DNA of 64,000 bases from an uncultured virus (IMG/VR IMGVR_UViG_3300030380_005539) (taxonomy: Duplodnaviria; Heunggongvirae; Uroviricota; Caudoviricetes), in IMG/VR virus record IMGVR_UViG_3300030380_005539, positions 1 to 64,000 of that record; one strand, 5' to 3'. The position numbers were made by a program, and so were the translations under genes. Positions 1 through 9,148 of this stretch are shown here, one piece after another (the first letter of the stretch is position 1; every line of letters starts with the position of its first letter). The notes under the pieces are model-generated. The model did no database searches, was not told the origin of the DNA, and saw nothing but the letters and a program-made list of their open reading frames with translations.

Positions 1-164
1 TCATTTAAATTCTTTAATAATTCTACACGCGCGTTAATAGGCCATTTCTCTTCTTTTAAAATGTCCCATAATTTCATTAAGTGTTGTTCATTAGATAAAT
101 CTGGAATGCCAGATGAAACTCTATAACTTAACTCATTGAGTATTTTTTTCCAATTATTCTTCAT
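1..164 (-). CDS. hypothetical phage protein, runs off the left edge (MKNNWKKILNELSYRVSSGIPDLSNEQHL...)
   Basis: Read manually: ATG at 164, open to position 1, overlapping the stop of the 154..345 ORF. Not in the ORF track. Confidence 0.6.
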   Translation of the reverse strand, partial: MKNNWKKILNELSYRVSSGIPDLSNEQHLMKLWDILKEEKWPINARVELLKNLN

Positions 165-345
165 AAATGATTGTTAGTCCGTCTGTTTCTATTTGACCTG
201 TTCTGATTAGTGTTTGTATTTTACTTTTGTCCATACTAACCACGGTTGGTTTTTTAAAATCATATTTTTGTATTGTAGGGTGTGCTATACCTTCTTTATT
301 TGTATAACGAGTAGATATTTTTGATAGTTCTTTTATTTTACTCAT
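154..345 (-). CDS. hypothetical protein, 63 aa
   Basis: Start overlaps the stop of the polymerase-like gene; consistent operon. Confidence 0.55.
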   Translation of the reverse strand: MSKIKELSKISTRYTNKEGIAHPTIQKYDFKKPTVVSMDKSKIQTLIRTGQIETDGLTIIYEE

Positions 346-1566
346 TTAAACTTCTCCGTTATGTCGTCCATATCGTGATAGTTAACTCCTCGACTAATCT
401 TGACTGGATACTTACCACCACTTTCAATTGTTTGTTTTACCATATTTAAAAAATCTAATCCGTCTTTTGTATCAAAGTCAAACAAAAAGGCGTCATAATT
501 ATACAACACTAACTTACTATTGTATTGTTGTAATTTAGGTTGTAATTTATTTAAAATCTTGATATTGTTTTCTGTTTCCATTAATTGTATCATATAATTG
601 AACAATTTATTTGGATTCATATCAGTTAGATTTTTCCTATATATCTTTCTATTATAAATATAAGACTGAACAAAATTGTTAGTTTTGAAGTCGTTCCAAA
701 GTAATTTAATATAATCGTTTACTTTTGAGAAAAATGGATTGTCCGACACATCATCTGATATTCCACCATACAAATATTTAAATGATAGGGCTTTCGCTTC
801 ATCATAAGGTAGTCCATATAGTTTACCCATATGTTCGTGGACTGATGTTTCAGGAAAATCATAACCGACAATCTCACCGATTAATCTTAAATGGTATCCG
901 TCAAAGTCCATTTCTACCAAGACCCCATTATTATAACGACTAATGAATTGTTTTCTACTTCCGTCTGATTTGTTTAGTGCTGCGAAGTTCAATCCACCGA
1001 AACGATTACTTGGTCTTCCGGTTGATGTGTATGGATTATATTCTGNNNNNNNNNNCTATTTCGTATAGGTTTTCTAATATGGTTTGGTCGTGTTGTTCAT
1101 ATCGTTTATATAGTTCTTTGGATATTGGTCCAAAATATTCTGCGTGTTTTACCAAAGGAACAACATCATTGATGTTTTGTTTATCATAATGTAATCTGTA
1201 TTGATGATGATGTGCATTTGTTAAGTGTTGTTCGGTATCGTATGGTTGATTGGTTTGTTGATAGTATGCCCAATTTAAATCTCTTATGTCTTTACCGAAT
1301 ACTAATGTGTTGTGATGATATTGTTTTAAATCTTGAACATAAATTGTTTGTTCAGTTTCTATCATTGGTAGATTATCACGAAACTTTTCTGTATGATGAA
1401 CCGGAACAATGTATTGCTCAAATTGAAAATCAACCCAATAACAACTAATACGATTTTCTTGTGGATGCTTTTGAACATCTGAATACATTTGTAATAATAC
1501 AAATGGTTTTGATTGTATGTGTTGTTTGAGTTGGTTTAATAGAATATCTGTATTTACTATAACCAT
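342..1566 (-). CDS. small family-A DNA polymerase-like protein (one gene interrupted by the N gap at 1046-1055)
   Basis: After the gap the frame reads EYNPYTSTGRPSNRFGGLNFAAL (TGRxS motif). Motif A-like DFDGYHLRL, motif B-like AKALSFKYLYG, motif C-like LYNYDAFLFD. Confidence 0.75.
1046..1055. other. assembly gap (10 N)
   Basis: Run of n in the sequence. Confidence 0.99.
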
Positions 1567-1620
1567 TTATTATAAGTATTGATTTATATAATCAAAATGT
1601 AATTTTTTATTATTTCCTTA

Positions 1621-1627
1621 TATTTAT
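1621..1627 (+). promoter_or_regulatory. putative phage late promoter TATTTAT (representative copy)
   Basis: Same motif in intergenic gaps at 3722, 4151, 6995, 8900, 9137, 11503, 12353, 14229, 17254, 23998, 24846, 30359, 34321, 36155, 38161, 39507, 40260 and 43690 (+), and 10415, 11508, 21827, 46163 and 50187 (-). Confidence 0.65.
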
Positions 1628-1666
1628 ATAAAAAACTTATAATAAACTTATTTTAAAAATAATAAA

Positions 1667-2062
1667 ATGAAAATTAAAAAGAATGGTAAGGTAATTAGAT
1701 TAACAGAATCAGACCTTAAAAGAATTGTAAAAAGAGTATTGACTGAAGAAAAACTTAATGAACAGTGGTATAAAGATCTTTGGAATGATGTAAAAAGAGA
1801 TGCTAACTATATTGCAAGAGATATTAAAAGAGCGGCGGCAGAGATTCCTGATATTCCAGGAAGTTTTAAAAAATTAGGTGACTACTTAACAGATGGTAAA
1901 AACTGGGAACAAGTAGCAGCCGGTTTTAAACAAATGGGTAAAGAATTAGGTTTAGTTGACGAACAAGATGAAAAAGGTGGTTCTATGAAAGATAAACTTA
2001 AATCAGCTTTAGGAAACAAAACGTTTGAGAAAATAATGAAGTTAGTTAAGGCGGCTGAATAA
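1667..2062 (+). CDS. hypothetical protein with LTE-type leader (putative head-internal protein)
   Basis: Begins MKIKKNGKVIRLTESDLKRIVKRVLTEE; TATTTAT upstream. Confidence 0.8.
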   Translation: MKIKKNGKVIRLTESDLKRIVKRVLTEEKLNEQWYKDLWNDVKRDANYIARDIKRAAAEIPDIPGSFKKLGDYLTDGKNWEQVAAGFKQMGKELGLVDEQDEKGGSMKDKLKSALGNKTFEKIMKLVKAAE

Positions 2063-2087
2063 TAAAAGACTATCAATTAAATTTTAT

Positions 2088-2384
2088 ATGAAAATCAAAA
2101 AAAATGGTGAAGTAGTTAATTTAACAGAATCTGAATTAAAAGAAATTGTTAAACAATATAAAATTAAAAGATTTTTATCTGAAGATAGAGAGTCTAGGAT
2201 GACAGAAGATAAAAAAATTAAAATTAAGTCTATAATCAACAAGATTACTGAGTTAACTAATATTTTAAAAACTGCTGACACTAATTCCGAATCATTAGAA
2301 ACTTTACATAAGTTAGAGATGTCTATAGAAAAAGAAATTGAAAGATTAGAAGATAAAATTAATAAAGTAGAAGAAAAAAAATAA
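2088..2384 (+). CDS. hypothetical coiled-coil protein with LTE-type leader
   Basis: Begins MKIKKNGEVVNLTESELKEIVKQ, near-identical to the preceding gene's leader. Confidence 0.8.
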   Translation: MKIKKNGEVVNLTESELKEIVKQYKIKRFLSEDRESRMTEDKKIKIKSIINKITELTNILKTADTNSESLETLHKLEMSIEKEIERLEDKINKVEEKK

Positions 2385-2389
2385 ATGTT

Positions 2390-3226
2390 ATGAAAAAGCA
2401 TATGTTAAAAGAAACAAATGATATGAGAAGGTTAATGAACCTTCCTTTGTTAAAAGAAGAAATGGAATCTGCCGGTAAAGAAGATAAAAAAGCTTCTGGT
2501 GATTTGGATGAAATGAAAAATTATGGTGATCATCAAGAAAGAGATGAATTCGATGATAGAGAAAGCGAAGTAATTGGAGTGGATTCTGATATCGACAAAC
2601 AAAGGTTACAAAAAGAAGGAGAAGAATCATTACCAACAATGAAAGAAATGAAGAAATGTGTTTCTGAAGGTATGTCTAAGAAAGCGGTATGTGAAAAATA
2701 CGGTGGTTGTGATCAAGAGAAACTTAAAGAAATGTATGATTCATGTAAATCAATGAATGAAGAAGATACACTTAAAGAAGCAACTATGGAAGAAAAGAAT
2801 AAATACTGTCAAAAACATTTTAAATGTGATTATAAAGATTGTACTGACAAGCAAAAAGCACAATGTGACGAAAATTGTGGTAAAGCAATGAATGAAGATT
2901 CTGAAGGTGAAGAAACTTATAACTATGGTGAAGATGAAGGACATGATCATATGGAAGAAATGTCTATGGAAGATCATATAAAAGCAATTGAAGATCATTT
3001 GGGACACCTTAAGAAAGATATGTCTTTTGATGAAGATCACGAAGATAGAGATGAGAAAGGTACTCATTTCGCAGAAGGTAAAAGATACAGTAAAGTATTA
3101 AATACCCTTACTGAATCAGAATATAACAGATTAAGAAAATATGTATCTAACGGTAAAAAATATAATAAAATATTAAATACACTTACTGAATCGGAAATCA
3201 AAAAATTAAAGAAGTTTATTAAATAA
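2390..3226 (+). CDS. acidic modular protein with Cys-rich modules and a C-terminal LTESE tandem repeat
   Basis: Leader MKKHMLKETNDMRRLM; two 25-aa repeats GKxYxKxLNTLTESE near the C-terminus. Confidence 0.8.
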   Translation: MKKHMLKETNDMRRLMNLPLLKEEMESAGKEDKKASGDLDEMKNYGDHQERDEFDDRESEVIGVDSDIDKQRLQKEGEESLPTMKEMKKCVSEGMSKKAVCEKYGGCDQEKLKEMYDSCKSMNEEDTLKEATMEEKNKYCQKHFKCDYKDCTDKQKAQCDENCGKAMNEDSEGEETYNYGEDEGHDHMEEMSMEDHIKAIEDHLGHLKKDMSFDEDHEDRDEKGTHFAEGKRYSKVLNTLTESEYNRLRKYVSNGKKYNKILNTLTESEIKKLKKFIK

Positions 3227-3250
3227 TTTTCATTTTAATTTTAAAAATTT

Positions 3251-3283
3251 AACCCTATAATTAACTTTATAGGGTTTTTTTTT
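3251..3283 (+). terminator. Rho-independent terminator
   Basis: AACCCTATAA / TTATAGGGTT stem followed by a T run. Confidence 0.8.
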
Positions 3284-3291
3284 ATAAAATA

Positions 3292-3323
3292 TTTGGCAGT
3301 TTAATATATTTGCCTTATATTTG
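3292..3323 (+). promoter_or_regulatory. Bacteroidota-type primary sigma promoter (-33 TTTG, 20-bp spacer, -7 TATATTTG)
   Basis: TTTG 3292-3295 and TATATTTG 3316-3323, 19 bp before the ATG at 3343. Confidence 0.75.
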
Positions 3324-3342
3324 TATTATAAAATTAATAATT

Positions 3343-3666
3343 ATGAAAAATTCAAATCAATATCCAATGTATAACGAAGACAAAATGTTTACTAGTGACG
3401 GAATTAAAATGTCATTTATCGATGTATTATTTGCAATATGGGCAGTACTATGGTTTATAGGAGTAGTCTCTAGAGAATATCAAGAAAATACACCGATATT
3501 TTTTGCAATAGGTGTCTTATTAACTTATATCAGTACTAAAGGGTTATCTAAGGTTATTAGAAAAGCAATTACTAATAAAATAGGTTATAACAATTACGGC
3601 ATAAAAAGATTTTTAGTGGCAGTTCATTTACCACTATTAATTATTATTAGTATACTGTTAGCATAA
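3343..3666 (+). CDS. small membrane protein (about 3 hydrophobic segments)
   Basis: Hydrophobic stretches; start moved to ATG 3343 because the upstream TTG lies within the promoter. Confidence 0.7.
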   Translation: MKNSNQYPMYNEDKMFTSDGIKMSFIDVLFAIWAVLWFIGVVSREYQENTPIFFAIGVLLTYISTKGLSKVIRKAITNKIGYNNYGIKRFLVAVHLPLLIIISILLA

Positions 3667-3686
3667 TAGTAAAATAGTGAAATTAT

Positions 3687-3712
3687 AAACCCTCCATAGT
3701 GAGGGTTTTTTT
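3687..3712 (+). terminator. Rho-independent terminator
   Basis: AAACCCTC...GAGGGTTT stem followed by a T run. Confidence 0.75.
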
Positions 3713-3739
3713 ATGCGTAGATATTTATAAATAAAAAAC

Positions 3740-4150
3740 ATGTCTAAAAGAAAAACTAAAAATATTGTAAGTGAAACTACTAAACAAATTTATGTGACTC
3801 ATAACAATGATTCTACAATAGAAAAAATTAAAACTAATCTAGATTCATTAACAGAAGGCGAGTTTTTAAATACATACCGGTTACTAAAGACTTATAAGGA
3901 AAGATCCGACGCACTTATAAAAAGAGGATATGAAATTAATGAGGATGAAATAATAAATCCTAATCATTTTTATTCTACTATTACGGTTAATTTAAAAAGT
4001 GAAATAGAGACGTGGTATAAACGTAAACCATTTAATTTAATTAAAAAAGAATTACTAGCTAATCCTAATATAGTTTTGGAAAATCCATATAGTGAATTTA
4101 TTGTTTTTGATGACAATGGAAATCCACATACTTTTTATAAAAAGAACTGA
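3740..4150 (+). CDS. hypothetical protein
   Basis: 136-aa ORF with TATTTAT at 3722. Confidence 0.7.
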   Translation: MSKRKTKNIVSETTKQIYVTHNNDSTIEKIKTNLDSLTEGEFLNTYRLLKTYKERSDALIKRGYEINEDEIINPNHFYSTITVNLKSEIETWYKRKPFNLIKKELLANPNIVLENPYSEFIVFDDNGNPHTFYKKN

Positions 4151-4163
4151 TATTTATTTTTAG

Positions 4164-5978
4164 ATGGAAACACAATCTAATTCATATAAATTCTTAGAAA
4201 AAGTTGCAGATGAACTGATGAACAATATTCATGTAAGTCCTCCTTCAGAAGAAGATGGGGATATTTTTTGGGATTTTTGGTTTGCGTTTAGTAATAGTAT
4301 AGATGGAGATATACATTATCAGTTATCAAAATTTGATTTAGAAGAAATGCATGAGAGCAAGCAACCGTTAGTTGAGTTGACTAGGGATATAGTTAGGCAA
4401 ACTCTTAATGACTTTTTTATTATTTTTGAGGAACATTATGGATACTTTAACCTTGAAGATATAATAAATGTTTTGGCTAGATTTTTCATACCTAAACTTT
4501 ATAACAGATATCTTAAAGAAGATGATACTCCAGATGCACCTATTGTAATGAGGGAAAATAAAAATATGGAGTCATTAATTGATAAGGTGGTTAGAGATAT
4601 TGAAAAGAATTTTAGATACGGTAAAGAGAGTATAAATTTTAATACTGTAGATTATGGGTTTAGAGATAGAGATCTTAGTAGAAATGTTGATTTTTATTAT
4701 GATCCTTATCACAGTAATGTAGGAATATTTGATTATAAATATATGTTGGGTACTTTATCTAACTTAGTTGCATATTATCTGTATAAAATAATGGGTATAG
4801 GTGACCCAAAAAGTCTACAAATATCTAATAGACATTTCGATGATCCTATGGTTGCACCAATTGCAAAAAAATTAACACAAAATGCATATAAAATTGTAAA
4901 AGAAAAAAGATATGTAAAAGAATTGAGGAATGTTCGTTCTTCATTAACTGAACAAACTGCACCTCAGATTAGACAGAATGTGGGTAAAATATATCATGAG
5001 AATGGATTTATTAATAGAATAGTTACTGACATTTTAAAAATGACTGTTTTAAGATCCTTTAAAGTTTTATTTGATTTTAATGGGTTAGGTTTTACAGGTG
5101 GACATCATTTACCACAATTATTATATAGATGGAACGATAAAACAGGATTAACAAAAGATAGTATAAATGTAGTCAGAAGAAATATACCTGAATTAGTAAA
5201 ACAATATTTAAAGAAACAAAGTTTATTATCAGGAGATGATGATCCTACCGTACCTATAATATCCGAAATATTAAGTGATGAAATTATAGAACAAATAAAT
5301 AATTACCAAAGAGATGAAGATTGGGAGGATTGGAATGAAGAATGGATATTGGCGGAATCTACTAAACAGACAGACTATTTAGATAAAGTTAAAAAAAAAG
5401 TGATTGACTCTATAAGTGAAGACGATAGGTTTTGGAATTTCAATGATATGGTAGAACCTACTTACGATGATAATGTTGCGCCGGTTAGGGTAGAAAAACA
5501 AGGGATATTAAATAGGTTAAGGGGAGATTGGTTATTTAATAGATTTAAAGAGTTTTATGGTGAGTTGTATGCCTTATCGTATGAAGAGATTGAAGAGATT
5601 TATAATGCATCACTTTACCACATATTTAAAAATAATCGGTTAAATTCTATGAATAGCATTTTAATTGGTGATTGGGATTTAGAGTATACCCCCTCATTAA
5701 TAATTAGAGAAGAAGATTGGGGTAGTTATCTAACAAGAGATTATGATCTAAGAAAGATAGAAGACTATATAGATATGATTAAATGGTCCAGATATGGTAA
5801 AATAGATTATTTAGGTGCTGGTAGTGAATCAAAATTTTTTAAAGGTAAAAGAGCATACGAAGCCACATTAAAGGATGAAGGTTTTTTTGATGGGTGGACT
5901 AAGGAAGACTTTAAACCTTATCACGAAGATTTAATATCTTATTTAGAAGATTATCACGGACAAAAACTTACTTATTAG
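4164..5978 (+). CDS. multi-module hypothetical protein (repeated [FLY]-[LI]-[DE]KV modules)
   Basis: 604 aa; modules follow MRE, LTE, LAE and IRE sites. Confidence 0.8.
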   Translation: METQSNSYKFLEKVADELMNNIHVSPPSEEDGDIFWDFWFAFSNSIDGDIHYQLSKFDLEEMHESKQPLVELTRDIVRQTLNDFFIIFEEHYGYFNLEDIINVLARFFIPKLYNRYLKEDDTPDAPIVMRENKNMESLIDKVVRDIEKNFRYGKESINFNTVDYGFRDRDLSRNVDFYYDPYHSNVGIFDYKYMLGTLSNLVAYYLYKIMGIGDPKSLQISNRHFDDPMVAPIAKKLTQNAYKIVKEKRYVKELRNVRSSLTEQTAPQIRQNVGKIYHENGFINRIVTDILKMTVLRSFKVLFDFNGLGFTGGHHLPQLLYRWNDKTGLTKDSINVVRRNIPELVKQYLKKQSLLSGDDDPTVPIISEILSDEIIEQINNYQRDEDWEDWNEEWILAESTKQTDYLDKVKKKVIDSISEDDRFWNFNDMVEPTYDDNVAPVRVEKQGILNRLRGDWLFNRFKEFYGELYALSYEEIEEIYNASLYHIFKNNRLNSMNSILIGDWDLEYTPSLIIREEDWGSYLTRDYDLRKIEDYIDMIKWSRYGKIDYLGAGSESKFFKGKRAYEATLKDEGFFDGWTKEDFKPYHEDLISYLEDYHGQKLTY

Positions 5979-6129
5979 TCTCTAAATATTTCTCAACCCA
6001 AAGTCTTATTTCTCTTCTAGTTGTTGTATTATATAGGTGTGGATAGTTATCTAATAAATAACCTTCTATAATGTCAGTACACTCCATTTTTTTTACTGAA
6101 TCATCATAATCGGTGGTTGTGTTGTTCAT
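5968..6129 (-). CDS. small hypothetical protein, 53 aa (MNNTTTDYDDSVKKMECTDII...)
   Basis: Read manually; start overlaps the TGA of 6126..6353 (ATGA coupling). Confidence 0.5.
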   Translation of the reverse strand: MNNTTTDYDDSVKKMECTDIIEGYLLDNYPHLYNTTTRREIRLWVEKYLETNK

Positions 6130-6353
6130 TTTTTTATTTTTTCTATTTGTTTTGTTATTCTCATTGCTTCTTCATAGTCTTCTACTTCTAAAGCTTCTTC
6201 TAATTCTAAATCTAATTCCGTAAGGGTTTTTTCTTCTTTTTCTTCTTTAGGAAATAATTTGTCCTTATTAATACCTATAAGGTATCCACCCCAAAAAATA
6301 AAGGTTATTGATAAAAAAATTATTAAATATTCTATTAAACTTAAATCATTCAT
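6126..6353 (-). CDS. membrane-anchored protein with UvrB/UvrC (UVR) coiled-coil motif
   Basis: N-terminal TM segment; C-terminal LEEALEVEDYEEAMRITKQI. Confidence 0.65.
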   Translation of the reverse strand: MNDLSLIEYLIIFLSITFIFWGGYLIGINKDKLFPKEEKEEKTLTELDLELEEALEVEDYEEAMRITKQIEKIKK

Positions 6354-6946
6354 TTTTTATAAAATTTATATGCACCTACTATTCTACATTTTAGTTGTTT
6401 AGAATCACAAGAATTACCTACAACTACACCGTCTATTATTGTAAATGCGTGACCTCTTACATGTATTAAATATCTCCCAATATTATATTCTTTAATAAAT
6501 GTACCTACAGTCATTTGGCTGGCTCTGGTTTTACCATAGGTAGTTATAAGTGGGTAAAACTTACTATCTAATGTACGTTCTACATAACGATACTTATATT
6601 TACGATCTTCCCAAGAATAATACTTAACAGGTTTTTTAAAGGTGGTTTTATCGTGATTTTTTAATTCTTTATACTTATAACCATTTAACGTCTTTAAACC
6701 TTCTCTTTGACTCATTGTTAATGGAAAACGTGGCGTACCTTTTCCTTTTTTTCTTTTGAATATTTTCTTAACGTAATCGTGTGCATCGTCATAAGGTGAT
6801 TCTGTGACTGATGCAAACGCTCTTACACAACAATCATTATCCTCACTTTTTGCTATTGCACTTTTAGAATAACCTACTATTGCATCATCAGTATCTATAT
6901 AGGATATGTTCGTTTTGGGGTGTTTGAAAACTCTGTGTTTATTCAT
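6350..6946 (-). CDS. conserved phage-type hypothetical protein (DCxVRA...YL...H motif)
   Basis: NDCCVRAFA...GRYLIHVRGHAFTIIDG; host-type promoter upstream. Confidence 0.75.
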   Translation of the reverse strand: MNKHRVFKHPKTNISYIDTDDAIVGYSKSAIAKSEDNDCCVRAFASVTESPYDDAHDYVKKIFKRKKGKGTPRFPLTMSQREGLKTLNGYKYKELKNHDKTTFKKPVKYYSWEDRKYKYRYVERTLDSKFYPLITTYGKTRASQMTVGTFIKEYNIGRYLIHVRGHAFTIIDGVVVGNSCDSKQLKCRIVGAYKFYKK

Positions 6947-6962
6947 AATGTTTGATTTGATA

Positions 6963-6994
6963 CAAATATACGAAAATTTATTTATTTTTCCAAA
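6963..6994 (-). promoter_or_regulatory. Bacteroidota-type promoter
   Basis: Minus strand TTTG (6991-6994), N20, TATATTTG (6963-6970). Confidence 0.75.
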
Positions 6995-7010
6995 TATTTA
7001 TTAAAAGAAT

Positions 7011-7538
7011 ATGAAACAAATTATACGTAAAATATTAAAAGAAGAGGTAACTACCCAACAAGACAACTATCAAAGGAAAATGATAGAGATATTAAAGCGT
7101 GAAGGATTCGATGCTAGAACACCCTACCAAAAAATATTAAATTATCTTAATAGTGTAATGAATATTGTTGGAATGGAGGCGTTTGAGATGTATCAATTAT
7201 TTAAAGATAATGTTAGTACTATATCTAATAATCCTTTAGTAAGAAAAGACATAAAGGATAGGAAGATGAGAACTGCAAATATTAGATCTAGAGATTTAGT
7301 TATTAACAGAATACCATTTAAAGGTAATAATACACATGCAGAATATAGAAATGGTGCGTATGTGGTATTTTCTTATGGTTGGTATCCTGTATTTGTTTAT
7401 AAGGATGGACAATGGTTTGAAAATGAAGAGGGTTATTCTATGTCCACTAAAAAACAAATGAGTCAAATGAGACCATGGAATCAGGGAGAAATAATTAAAA
7501 CCAATAAAGATAAATTGTGGGATATTATTAGAGGATGA
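7011..7538 (+). CDS. hypothetical protein with IRKILKEE-type leader
   Basis: Begins MKQIIRKILKEE; C-terminal YVVFSYG...YS.ST.KQ module. Confidence 0.8.
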   Translation: MKQIIRKILKEEVTTQQDNYQRKMIEILKREGFDARTPYQKILNYLNSVMNIVGMEAFEMYQLFKDNVSTISNNPLVRKDIKDRKMRTANIRSRDLVINRIPFKGNNTHAEYRNGAYVVFSYGWYPVFVYKDGQWFENEEGYSMSTKKQMSQMRPWNQGEIIKTNKDKLWDIIRG

Positions 7539-8014
7539 AAAAATTAATTAAAAAAATTTTAAGGGAAGAGTATAGTGAAAGGATTGAGGACTATAAAAAA
7601 ATTATGTCTACACAATGGCAAGAATACTTCACTAACAAAAAAATATTACCATTAATAATAAAATATTTAGATAGTATCATTAATATAGATATGATTGTTA
7701 AATCCGATAATTCCACAACGTATACCGTTTATTTTGATGATGTAGAACCTATCGCTAAAAATTATTGTTATGGGTGTAGTGGTACATTCCATTACCCTAC
7801 AGGTACACACGACATATATAATGTAGTACATGCGGAAGATAACGATCAATTTGTTAGTGCAGTGGAGTTAGCGATAATAGATATGTTCGGTGGTGAATCA
7901 AGTGATATGGAATTTTATAGTATTATTTATCAATATTTATTTGATAGAATAAAAAAACATATGGATAATGATCCCATAAATGATTATCCTGAAGAACACG
8001 ATATGGATTGGTAA
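7535..8014 (+). CDS. hypothetical protein with IRKILKEE-type leader
   Basis: Begins MKKLIKKILREE. Confidence 0.8.
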   Translation: MKKLIKKILREEYSERIEDYKKIMSTQWQEYFTNKKILPLIIKYLDSIINIDMIVKSDNSTTYTVYFDDVEPIAKNYCYGCSGTFHYPTGTHDIYNVVHAEDNDQFVSAVELAIIDMFGGESSDMEFYSIIYQYLFDRIKKHMDNDPINDYPEEHDMDW

Positions 8015-8892
8015 TGAAAAAATTAATTAGAAAAATATTAAAAGAGGAAACATTAAACTTTAATAAGTTTGAATTGGGCGTATTTAAAATTATCGATAAG
8101 GTTGGTATTGAAAAATTTATTGGTGAGTATCTTAGAGATATGGGTCTAGATGTTGACGAAGAGGAAAATGTTCTTTTTGAATACTTTAATGCGTATGGTG
8201 GTGGATGTGATGACTATATTAATTTTGTATTAGAGGCAGACGAAATTTCAAATATGTTTTACGATGGCGATTATGGTATACAAAATATGGTAAAAAGGTT
8301 TTTAGAAGATGATTATGATTATACGTATGATGGTTACGAATGTTATTATGACGAATATCAATTAGATGATATTAATGAAGAGAACATGAAAACCATAATA
8401 AAAATATATGAATCACAAAAAGAGGAAGATGAAACCTTAAGAGAATTTATTAAAAACGGTGATTTAGAAAGTGTGATTGGTTGTGCATATAGTGACGCAC
8501 AACAAAATGCCGATATAAATGCATTACATGAAGACTTTTTAGATGGGGTACATGAAGTAACCGATAAAATAGAGGGTAAATGGGATTGGGATACCCACAC
8601 ATTAAAAGGTAGAATATCGGTTTGTGAGATAATGAATCATGAAGGCGCATTAGAGATACTGTCAGAAAGTTTACAACACGGCTATGATTGGAATGAGGTC
8701 GTTGACACCATAGTTGAAAGAGAGTGGGAAGAAGTTTGGAATGGTGATGAAGGAGATGTTTTATTTGGTGAACCAGTAGCTATAGATGAGTATAGACATT
8801 TCAGATATGGTGGTGCCGGAACAATAGATAAACAAGAATTTAATGAGTACTTAAATAATAGATTATACGATGAGTATAGTTCTTTTATGTAA
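8014..8892 (+). CDS. acidic hypothetical protein with IRKILKEE-type leader
   Basis: Begins MKKLIRKILKEE at ATG 8014 (TAATG coupling to the previous stop). Confidence 0.8.
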   Translation: MKKLIRKILKEETLNFNKFELGVFKIIDKVGIEKFIGEYLRDMGLDVDEEENVLFEYFNAYGGGCDDYINFVLEADEISNMFYDGDYGIQNMVKRFLEDDYDYTYDGYECYYDEYQLDDINEENMKTIIKIYESQKEEDETLREFIKNGDLESVIGCAYSDAQQNADINALHEDFLDGVHEVTDKIEGKWDWDTHTLKGRISVCEIMNHEGALEILSESLQHGYDWNEVVDTIVEREWEEVWNGDEGDVLFGEPVAIDEYRHFRYGGAGTIDKQEFNEYLNNRLYDEYSSFM

Positions 8893-8944
8893 TTACTCAT
8901 ATTTATTTATATATAAGACACTTATAATCTAAATTTTTTATAAT

Positions 8945-9064
8945 ATGAAAACAAGAAGAGGTTCTATTAGACTGACTGAACAAGACTTAGTAAAGTTGGT
9001 TAAGGATTTAAATGTTAAAACAAAGACTTCAAAATCTAAAGTTTTAGCAACAAGTTCAAAATAA
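8945..9064 (+). CDS. 39-aa micro-protein consisting mostly of the LTE-type leader
   Basis: MKTRRGSIRLTEQDLVKLVKDLNVKTKTSKSKVLATSSK; TATTTAT at 8900; below the ORF-track cutoff. Confidence 0.6.
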   Translation: MKTRRGSIRLTEQDLVKLVKDLNVKTKTSKSKVLATSSK

Positions 9065-9148
9065 AAGATTATATCATATAATCAACAATATTCACTTTAT
9101 TACTAAAAGTACGCAAAATTTTATCCACTTAACTCATATTTATATTAT

